A DNA stretch of 64,000 nt, from NCBI GenBank assembly GCA_964016885.1, contig OZ024748.1:51646001-51710000 (forward strand), read 5' to 3'. The notes under the pieces were generated by a model. The model searched no databases. It was not told where the DNA came from and saw nothing but the letters and a program-made list of their open reading frames with translations. The position numbers were made by a program, and so were the translations under genes. Each line of letters opens with the position of its first letter. The stretch's first letter is position 1. The DNA is from Eledone cirrhosa. Its lineage: Eukaryota. Below, in pieces: positions 53,596-64,000 of the stretch.

Positions 53596-53949
53596 AGGTG
53601 AGTTTTATTGTAGTACAATAAAGCAATGCAGATATCGGTTAAGAAGCACTCAACAGTTTGTAGGACTGGAGTATACATAATATATAAGATCAAAAGGTGG
53701 TTAAAGGAGTTCCATGTATTTTATTATGCGCATTTCAAAAACAAACATCATCATGCAATAATATTTGTGTTTTCATCAGATAAAACAGGAGGACATGATA
53801 TGAAGGCCAAAAAACACTTGTGGATAGTGCAGTTTTAAATCAACATATCATGATATGTTGATTTAAAACACAAATATTATTGCATGATGATGTTTGTTTT
53901 TGAAATGCGCATAATAAAATACATGGAACTCCTTTAACCATCTTTTGAT

Positions 53950-53952
<3 letters not shown>
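53594..53952 (-). mobile_element. Fold-back Penelope-like/retrozyme-like element
   Basis: 88-bp inverted arms 53686-53773/53865-53952 (1 mismatch seen); nested 38-bp palindrome 53832-53869; (TA)n on both sides. Confidence 0.75.
53717..53787 (-). ncRNA. Type-I hammerhead ribozyme, intact core
   Basis: Minus: TGTTTTAT-CTGATGA-36-nt stem II (15/16 paired)-GAAA-TGCGCA-TA-ATAAAATA; palindromic stem III ATGCGCAT; AUA triplet. Confidence 0.8.
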
Positions 53953-54013
<61 letters not shown>

Positions 54014-54359
54014 CATATATATATGTATATGTATGTGTCTGTCTGTCAGTGTGTGTATATGAGAGTGTGTATCTATGTATATGTATTTAGTATGCAGAAC
54101 ACTCCCATGAGGTATTTTCCCTTACCCCTAATATTGATATTCATAATCAGCCTATTTATATAAATGGGGACAAATGCCAAACTCTAAAAATAGCAACTAC
54201 AGCATGTGACAATGATAGACCCATTAGTAGCCAAACATTTCTTAAACTATATACTACCATCTTTAAAAATGAAACGGTTCCCATTAACCAATGTAATAGT
54301 AAATAAACGAAAATATATTGTTGTCAATACCCCAAGATCTTTGATCATGCAAAGATTGT

Positions 54360-54640
54360 GAGGCCCTGTGGCCTAGTAGTTAAGGAGCTGGTTAAGGATT
54401 CAGAATGCAAGGGTTTGATTCTCTGACTTAGGGGTGCATTATGTTCTTGAGCAAAACACTTAATTCTACATTGCCCCAGTATACACAGTTGAAAATGTCT
54501 ACCAGTACCAACTGGGGGTAGCCCTGTCATGGATTGGTGTCCTGTCTAGGGTAGGTGACTTGTACACTCAACCATTTAATGCCAAAGAAACCAAAATAAG
54601 AACTGGCCTGATGAGCTTCCAGGCTTGGGACAGAGTTTTA
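54360..54640 (+). mobile_element. SINE C
   Basis: TGGCCTAGTAG, GTTCTTGAGCAAAACACTT, ATGGATTGGTGTCCTGTC. Confidence 0.7.
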
Positions 54641-54965
54641 TTGTAAGGATTAGTTATTTAGCTTTAGGTGAAGTGGGGAGACATATGATTAAATGTTTTC
54701 TCGTCATTACCATCTGTGTTTATTTTTGTATATCCATTAATTACATTATCTAATGTATCCTTTCTCACCTTCCTTTATCCTTTATACGACCAGGCCTTCT
54801 GCCACTAAGGGGCTTTTGGGGTTTAATCCCCTCCAATAATTTGTTTCAATATAAATGTCCTTTGGTTTTTACTAAACTGATTTTCTACTGACTCTAAATA
54901 TGTTAGTATGATCGTGTTTTTAATTTCTTTCTTAGTATCATATTGGTGATAAAAAAGTATGAACT

Positions 54966-55160
54966 AATAATTGCTTCTACTGTTGCCACAAGGCCAGCAA
55001 TTACTCCCAGTGCATTACTGGTACTTTATTTCATTGACCCCATACGGATGAAAGGCAAAGTTAACCTCGGCAGGATTTAAACTCAGACCTTAAAAGGACC
55101 GTAACTCCATGCTGCAAAGCATGCCATCCGACCCTCTAATGATACTGCCAATTCACCACT
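54966..55160 (-). mobile_element. SINE A
   Basis: Matches the family. Confidence 0.85.
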
Positions 55161-55643
55161 TAGCATGAGCTAATTATAACAATACACATGGACATTATAT
55201 ATACTTAAGCACCCCGCCCATCTCAAAACTGTAATGGAAGCTCTGATGCCAGTATGGTAGGAGTTTAATTAGATTTGGCTGCTATATCTAGCAGGTTAAA
55301 TAATCAGGTAAGGCCTTCCTCATTGGCTTGTCTAAAGACTAGTGGTTCCAATTACTTAAGATTATTGTGGAAAACATAAACAAGGCAGACAGTATAGAGA
55401 GCAAGGAATGCATATAGGATTGTTGTTAGCAACAAGATTATGCCATGTTAGAGGTCATCTCTCCAGTCACACATATCTGTGTACATATGTGCATGTATAT
55501 GGGTGTGTATATGTATGTGGGTGTATGTATGTATGTGTATGTGTGTATGTGTGTTAGTATGTATTTGTATGTGTGCGTATATGTATGTGGGTGTATGCAT
55601 GTATATGCTTATATGTATGTGATGTGTATGGATACCTATGTAA

Positions 55644-55701
<58 letters not shown>

Positions 55702-56084
55702 ATATGGTATGTATGGATGTATGCATATGTATGTGCATATATATATAAAGTATGTAGTATGTGTGCATCTGTATTTATGTGTATGTGATGTGTGTAAGCC
55801 TATATTTACGTGTATGCATATGTAGTGTGTGTATGTATGTATGTATATATGTGTGTAGTGTAGTGTGTGCATGTTATTACTCTTGAGTATTCCAGCCTTG
55901 AAAGCTGACAAACAAATATTGATGGAATACTTGAAAAGATAAAAGGTTAAGAAATTGGTTTTGTTTATCCCACTAAAAGTAAAATGGCCGATCTATAATT
56001 GCTGCTAAACAGATATGACTAAGTCATCGATGGAAATTACAGAAAACAAATGATGCTAACTACCACACTCTTTGACTATATATA

Positions 56085-57258
56085 TATGTATGTACATGTC
56101 TGTATGTGTATATATATGTGTGTACATGTCTGTGTGTGTGTGTATATGTGTGTACATGTCTGTATGTGTATGTATATGTGTGAACATGTCTGTATGTGTA
56201 TATATATGTGTGTACATGTTTGTATGTGTATGTATATGTGTGTACATGTCTGTATGTGTATATATATGTGTGTACATGTCTGTATGTGTATGTATATGTG
56301 TGTACATGTCTGTATGTGTATGTATGTACATGTCTGTATGTGTATGTATATGTGTGTACATGTCTGTATGTGTATGTATATGTGTGTACATGTCTGTATG
56401 TGTATGTATATGTGTGAACATGTCTGTATGTGTATATATATGTGTGTACATGTTTGTATGTGTATGTATATGTGTGTACATGTCTGTATGTGTATATATA
56501 TGTGTGTACATGTCTGTATGTGTATGTATATGTGTGTACATGTCTGTATGTGTATGTATATGTGTGTACATGTTTGTATGTGTATGTATATGTGTGTACA
56601 TGTCTGTTTGACTATATATATGTGTGTACATGTCTGTATGTGTATATATATGTGTGTACATGTATGTGTATGTATATGTGTGTACATGTCTGTATGTACA
56701 TGTCTGTATGTGTATGTATATGTATGTACATGTCTGTATGTGTATGTGTGTGTATGTATATGTATGTACATGTCTGTATGTGTATGTGTGTGTGTATTTG
56801 TGTATGTGTACATGTCTGTATATGTATGTATATGTATGTACATGTCTGTATGTGTATGTATATGTATGTACATGTCTGTATGTGTATGTATATGTATGTA
56901 CATGTCTGTATGTGTATGTGTGTGTGTATGTATATGCGTGTGGTGTACCTGTCTGTATGTGTATGTATATGTATGTACATGTCTGTATGTGTGTTTATAT
57001 GTATGTACATGTCTGTATGTGTATGTGTGTGTGTATGTATATGTGTGTGTGGTGTACATGTCTGTATGTGTGAGTATATGTATGTACATGTCTGTATGTG
57101 TATGTGTGTGTGTATATGTGTATATGTATATGTATGTGATATATATATATATATGTGTACATGTATGTATGTGTATGTATGTACATATCTGTATGTGTAT
57201 GCGTATTTGTGTATGTGTATATGTATATGTGTGTGTACCTGTCTGTAGGTGTATGTGT

Positions 57259-57295
<37 letters not shown>

Positions 57296-57326
57296 ACATG
57301 TTTGTATGCGTATGTATATGTATGTA
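56085..57326. repeat. ~30-bp minisatellite
   Basis: TGTACATGTCTGTATGTGTATGTATATGTG units. Confidence 0.9.
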
Positions 57327-57774
57327 CCCCTTCAGAACCCTTAATGGTACCACCCTTAAGCAGGTGGAAGATTACAAGTATCTAGTCTCATATATCTCCT
57401 CCTCCAAAGGGGATTTTCTGGCCAGGAAGGGTGTGGCAAGGTCAGCATGCAATAACATGCACGCCATATGGACATCTCAACTTGCCAACAAGCTGGCACT
57501 GGAAATGTTCCAAGCAACCATTGAGCCCATATTGCTTTGTAGATCCGGGGCTTGGACCCTGGCATCGCGGCTTGGGAAGGGATTGGATGGCACATGTACC
57601 CGCCTCTTAATGAGAGTGCAAAACCTGTCCTGGAAACGACATCCCACCTTGTCTAAAATCTATGGCAAACTCCCCCGAGCCTCTGCCCTTCTAAAATCCC
57701 GGAGAGCTCAATTTTCTGGCCACTGTCACCGTGCCAGCAATGAGGTCATATCCGCTCTCTTGCTCTGGAACCCT
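57327..57774 (+). mobile_element. Internal RTE-clade reverse transcriptase fragment (post-YADD/thumb region)
   Basis: LKQVEDYKYLVSYI..ATIEPILLCRSGAWTL..LDGTCTRLLMRVQNLSW..RRAQFSGHC; truncated at both ends. Confidence 0.85.
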
Positions 57775-59650
57775 GTGTGTGATGTATGTATGTGTTTTTG
57801 TGTGTATGTACATGTATGTATGTGTTTCTGTATGCATGTATATATATATGTATGTTATATGAATGTGTGTGTGTTTCTGTGTGTATGTGCATGTATGTGT
57901 GTGAGATGTATGTATGTGTTTTTGTGTGTATGTACATGTATGTATGTGTTTCTGTATGCATGTATATATATATGTATGTTATATGAATGTGTGTGTTTCT
58001 GTGTGTATGTATATGTGTGTATGATGTATTTATGTGTTTCTGTGTGTATGTGCATGTATGTGTGTGAGATGTATGTATGTGTTTTTGTGTGTATGTACAT
58101 GTATGTATGTGTTTCTGTATGCATGTATATATATATGTATGTTATATGAATGTGTGTGTGTTTCTGTGTGTATGTATATGTGTGTATGATGTATTTATGT
58201 GTTTCTGTGTGTATGTGCATGTATGTGTGTGAGATGTATGTATGTGTTTTTGTGTGTATGTACATGTATGTATGTGTTTCTGTATGCATGTATATATATA
58301 TGTATGTTATATGAATGTGTGTGTGTTTCTGTGTGTATGTATATGTGTGTATGATGTATTTATGTGTTTCTGTGTGTATGTGCATGTATGTGTGTGAGAT
58401 GTATGTATGTGTGTTTGTGTGTATGTACATGTATGTATGTGTTACTGTATGCATGTATATATATATGTATGTTATATGAATGTGTGTGTTTCTGTGTGTA
58501 TGTATATGTGTGTATGATGTATTTATGTGTTTCTGTGTGTATGTGCATGTATGTGTGTGAGATGTATGTATGTGTTTTTGTGTGTATGTACATGTATGTA
58601 TGTGTTTCTGTATGCATGTATATATATATGTATGTTATATGAATGTGTGTGTTTCTGTGTGTATGTATATGTGTGTATGATGTATTTATGTGTTTCTGTG
58701 TGTATGTATATGTGTGTATGATGTATTTATGTGTTTCTGTGTGTATGTGCATGTATGTGTGTGAGATGTATGTATGTGTTTTTGTGTGTATGTACATGTA
58801 TGTATGTGTTTCTGTATGCATGTATATATATATGTATGTTATATGAATGTGTGTGTGTTTCTGTGTGTATGTATATGTGTGTATGATGTATTTATGTGTT
58901 TCTGTGTGTATGTGCATGTATGTGTGTGAGATGTATGTATGTGTTTTTGTGTGTATGTACATGTATGTATGTGTTTCTGTATGCATGTATATATATATAT
59001 ATATATGTTATATGAATGTGTGTGTGTTTCTGTGTGTATGTATATGTGTGTATGATGTATTTATGTGTTTCTGTGTGTATGTGCATGTATGTGTGTGAGA
59101 TGTATGTATGTGTTTTTGTGTGTATGTACATGTATGTATGTGTTTCTGTATGCATGTATATATATATGTATGTTATATGAATGTGTGTGTTTCTGTGTGT
59201 ATGTATATGTGTGTATGATGTATTTATGTGTTTCTGTGTGTATGTGCATGTATGTGTGTGAGATGTATGTATGTGTTTTTGTGTGTATGTACATGTATGT
59301 ATGTGTTTCTGTATGCATGTATATATATATGTATGTTATATGAATGTGTGTGTTTCTGTGTGTATGTATATGTGTGTATGATGTATTTATGTGTTTCTGT
59401 GTGTATGTACATGTATGTGTGTATGATGTATGTATGTGTTGTGTATATGTACAGGTATGTGTGTATGATGTATGTATGTGTGTGTTTCTGTGTGTATGTA
59501 TATGTGTGTATGATGTATTTATGTGTTTCTGTGTGTATGTACATGTATGTGTGTATGATGTATGTATGTGTTGTGTATATGTACAGGTATGTGTGTATGA
59601 TGTATGTATGTATGTATGTGTGTGTGTGTTTCTGTGTGTATGTTTTGTGG
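57775..59650. repeat. Higher-order ~163-bp satellite built from TG/TA subunits
   Basis: Identical ORF starts spaced 163 bp apart (58364/58527, 59065/59228). Confidence 0.85.
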
Positions 59651-59939
59651 TAATGCTTGTTAACCTTTCCTATCACAAACATCATGTTATTCAGTTATGC
59701 TATTTTACTTTATGTATTCAATACATTTTACCCTCTATGTTGTTATTTGGTTGAAGTGCTTTAAATTTTATATCATTTTTTATTCTATCTGGAATATTCT
59801 GAAAGGCAGGCTTGGTTTAGAACATAGCCTTTTCTGATAATCACAATCTAAATGCCACAATAGTTTATGCAAAACAGTTTAACTTCCATGCTATATTTTT
59901 ATGCTCCATCAATTAGCACTACATAATTTTATATATCAC

Positions 59940-59981
<42 letters not shown>

Positions 59982-60079
59982 GCCACTGCTGCTGTCATTT
60001 GCAGTTAATGCCACATGTTGTATGGCACTGATTTGAAAAATTAGTAGTAAGGTCGATTTTTGGAAACCCCACAAAGGAC

Positions 60080-60186
60080 TGCTGGCTGATGAGAATTCCC
60101 TTGTCCAGAATTTGCTGGTTATGGATTAATTAATAATTGATGACCAATAGATTCTCAATGGATTTTGAAACAGTACTGTACCAGCA
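60080..60186 (+). ncRNA. Type-I hammerhead ribozyme, intact core
   Basis: TGCTGG-CTGATGA-74-nt long stem II-GAAAC-AGTACT-GTA-CCAGCA; perfect 6-bp stem I; 10-bp palindrome ACAGTACTGT; GUA triplet. Confidence 0.85.
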
Positions 60187-60544
60187 TACACATGGATTTT
60201 TGAGCTATGGCGAATTTTTGTATGCTAAAGTTTGAGGATACTGGCTATTTCAATTGCTGAAATTGTTAGTACTTTATCGTTTCCGTATGTTAATTTGTCA
60301 ATACAATAATTATACTGTTTACATATGTTAGGCTTCTGGCTGGGAATTTCTTATAAGGAAGATATCACAAGAGCAGTCAGGAAGCTCAAATGTGGCCAGA
60401 GATGTTGAAAGCATTAAACAGAAAAGGTATTCTCAGGGTGATTCATGAGTGCCAGCAGGCCTGGATCTATGGAAAGGCAACAAGCAATGGTAATCCCAAT
60501 TTTAAAAATGGGAAAGTCTCAAGAAAGAATCACTGGACAGATTT

Positions 60545-60710
60545 TACAGGCAAAACCAACTGGCTGGTGACCCAGAGGAAGACCTCAAGCAAGATGGTTG
60601 GATAACATCCATGAGCTTGGTTGATTTGCTTGGGGATCCAGCTGGACCATTTGGAGATGGTTGCTTCAGACAGGACCTGCTGGAAGGAGAGTTTGAGGAC
60701 TCTGCCCCAA
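60545..60710 (+). mobile_element. RTE-like LINE 3' fragment
   Basis: RGRPQARWLDNI..VASDRTCWKESLRTLP; homologous to 17715-17906. Confidence 0.7.
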
Positions 60711-60964
60711 CAATCTCCAGTTTCCCACTTTGCATGTAGCTTAAATTGGGTATCAGAGGATTTGCATGCTTCGTTTTCTCTCATGCAACTGTAAACAAAG
60801 ATGCCCAACACTGTTAATGTAAGATCTCATGAGGTGCGAGGGGGATAATTCTTTGTCTTAATTAACTCTTCATACATACATATACACACACACACATATG
60901 AAAATACATACATACACAGATATATACATACACACATATATACATACATACATATATATATATA

Positions 60965-61420
60965 CATGGTGGCTCCCAACTCGTTTTCGAGTAAGGCCAC
61001 TACTTTATATCCATGTAGGAGAACCACCACCAATGCGCTGAACGAGTGTGACTTTTTAGTCCAGCCAGCGACTTGAAAACTCTGGTACAAACACTACACT
61101 TGTGACAATTATTGACACAGTGCTGGGTCCATGGTACCATGTGACGACAAGTGCAGAGAGATCTCCAGATATAAAGCAATGCCTGTGCTGTGAAGCTTTT
61201 ATAGTGAGCAAAGGCACTGCACAAAGCCAGTCCCACTCTGTTAACCAAGATGATATTTACCAAAAAGAAGCACAAGTCAACATCATTGGATATCATGAGG
61301 GTTGCAGGTGTTATATCAGAGTTTTCCTTCTCCTATAATTCTGCCTTGACAAAGGCTAAGGGGTCATCTCTCCCGATGATTTTGGATGGCCATTGACTCT
61401 TAAGAGCTCCTTTGCCCTTT
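60965..61420 (-). mobile_element. Internally deleted RTE derivative
   Basis: 60965-61145 is the reverse complement of about 12640-12822; 61275-61363 matches the 5' motif of 8130-8240. Confidence 0.8.
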
Positions 61421-61438
61421 GACAGGTTTTGTATATAC

Positions 61439-61506
<68 letters not shown>

Positions 61507-61507
61507 T

Positions 61508-61742
61508 GATCATCATCATCGTTTAACGTCTATCTTCCATGCTAGCATGGGTTAGACGGGTTTGTCCCATTTAAAGGCAAGTTGAGACAGTTGACCATCT
61601 CTCGTCCATATAGGACTGTTTCTGGCTGGTGTTCTATGGCTGGATGCCCTTCCTAATACCAACCACATTTACAGTGTGTGCTGGGGGCTCTTTTGCTTGA
61701 CACCTACATGAACATTTTACAGTGGAAGTTTTGTGGAACCAA
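61508..61742 (-). mobile_element. SINE B-related 3' part
   Basis: CCATGCTAGCATGG tail hairpin, CTGGATGCCCTTCCTAA. Confidence 0.8.
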
Positions 61743-62189
61743 CATACCATACATACACATATACATATGTATATATAAACACACATACACATATTGTGTA
61801 TATATATATAATATACATATATATATAGACCATGTGTTTATATAATATATATATATATATATATACACACATGGTCTATATATACACATATATATATATA
61901 TATATGTATGTATACACACACATAAATATATATATATACATATACATACATAAACATGCATACATATATACCTTCATACATACATACATACACAAATATA
62001 CATACAAATTTGTTATTGTCATTGGTTATTTAGTCCTAGGTCAGCACCGAGGGAGATCTTTGATTAAAAACTTTCTGGTGAAGTCTTCCACCCAGTAACT
62101 GGAATAGTCTTTTAAATGGGCTTCCAGAACAATATTCCAATCTAGCTAATTTTTCTCACAAATCTCCCATTAGCCTGATGCTCTAATTA

Positions 62190-62765
62190 GAGGCATATGG
62201 CCTAGTGGTTAGGTTATTGGACTTGTAGTCATAATTGTTTCTACTTTAGGCACAAGGCCAGCAATAACCCAGTGCATTACTGGTACTTTATTTTATCGAC
62301 CCCGTAAGGATGAAAGGCAAAGTTAACCTCGGCGGGATTTGAACTCAGATCGTAAAGGGACGTAACTATGCTGGACTTATAGTCATAATGTTCTGGGTTC
62401 CATTCCTGAACTGGGTTGTGTGTTGTGGACTTGAGCAAAATATTTCATTTCACATTGCTCCAATATACTCAGCTGAATATGAGTACTAGCCATCGCTGGT
62501 GGTTTAACTCTAAGATGGACTGGCATCCTGTCCAGGGGTGAGTCTTGTAATCATGCCATGAAACCGAGATAAGCATCGGCTTAACGAGACTTAAATGGTG
62601 TAAGACAGACTTTAATTTGGTTATGTGCTGCCTTGTGTGAATGGGTTAACACTGAGATGGACTGGCATCCTGTCCATGGGTGGCTCTTGTACTCTGAGTT
62701 ACTTCACACCTCGGAAAACAGGATAACTGCAGGCCTGATGGGTATCTGGGTTCAAGATAGACATT
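62190..62765 (+). mobile_element. SINE C interrupted by a minus-strand SINE A (62236-62371)
   Basis: 18-bp TSD TGGACTT(G/A)TAGTCATAAT at 62218-62235 and 62372-62389. Confidence 0.85.
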
Positions 62766-63632
62766 AGACATTTTGGCTCTTGAAACAGAAACTACGGAGT
62801 TGATAAACTAACTTCTTAACCACACAGCCATAACTGTGGCCATACGTGGTTAATGAAACAAGGGATATACAATATTATAATTAACAAGATGAAATTCATC
62901 ACTATATATTTAAATAACTCTTCACTATAATGTAGGAAATGAGAAATAAATAGAATTATGTAAGTAGCACAACGTGAATATGTATGCACTGGCATTTACA
63001 ATCATACAAACTTATGCCATCAATCTGCATCATATAACACAAAAACGTACTTCTTTCATTTAGCACAAAAGCTGTATTACATGACTGTAATTCACACATA
63101 AACACACACACGGAAGTGTATTATATATATATATGTGTATATATATATATTTATATTTGTGTGTGTGTATTATATATATATGTATATACATAAATATATG
63201 TGTGTATATATATATATATATATAATATATTTTTCTGTAAATCTCTCCATAACCTAACATATGCACAACACTTCAAACCTTGAATTAATATGATAATTGC
63301 AAAGATGAAACACTTTATATGATCTTATATTTTGTTTCAATTTTCCTTACAAGTAAATTCATTCAATTTGTAACTTAATGCAATTTGATGTTTTTCACAC
63401 TGTAGTAAGAATAAAGGAGCAATTTTTAGGTCCATATTAGAAAATTAAAAACAAAAACAAAATACAAAAAATAAATATGAAATAATGATAAATATAATTT
63501 TTTTCCAAATATTAAATAACATAAAAAATATTAAAAAATATATTGTTTTGACTTTATTTCATTAATATATAATTTATTTATTTATTATCATTAAAATCAA
63601 CATTGTTACCAAAATTATCATCATCATCATTC

Positions 63633-63667
<35 letters not shown>

Positions 63668-64000
63668 ATTATCATCACTATCATCGCCATCATAATTTTG
63701 GAATTCTTTACATCATGAAATTCCTTATCATAATTTATTATTTATCATCATCATCATCATCTTTATCAATATCATCAGTATCATCATCACTGTCATCACT
63801 ATCAATAGTTACTGCTATTTTCATTGTGTTGTTATCCTTATTATATTATGTTATCATCCTTGTTACTATTGTTAAATATATATATATTTTCACTAAGTTA
63901 TTTATTTTTCGACAAACTAACTACACAAATACATAAAAATAGATAAATATAAAACACAACAACAAAGAAATCTAAATACACAGAGAGGAGAAAGATGATT

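Noticed and set aside
56050-58149. 699-aa ORF
   Set aside because: Satellite read-through; only 57327-57774 is protein-like (LINE RT fragment)

Overview
AT-rich, microsatellite-saturated eukaryotic non-coding DNA (intronic or intergenic). The repeat families look like those of a coleoid cephalopod, probably an octopus (inference from recalled SINE families, not verified). I cannot support any host protein-coding exon; nearly all listed ORFs are translations of simple repeats. The window is a mosaic of tRNA-headed SINEs (at least 3 families), decayed RTE and R4/Dong-like LINE fragments, two mariner relics, hAT- and piggyBac-type MITEs, and many mini/microsatellites. The main unexplained signal is a dispersed set of about 15 type-I hammerhead ribozyme (HHR) motifs in short non-coding elements sitting in or next to (TA)n tracts. 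Three have an intact catalytic core (25422-25460 minus, 53717-53787 minus, 60080-60186 plus). Most have a palindromic stem III and several are fused to inverted copies of themselves, which is the architecture of Penelope-like elements and retrozymes. A second highlight is an RTE fragment whose motif-breaking substitutions are mostly A-to-G on the sense strand, as expected for a retrotransposed ADAR-hyperedited RNA. All pairings and alignments were done by eye.
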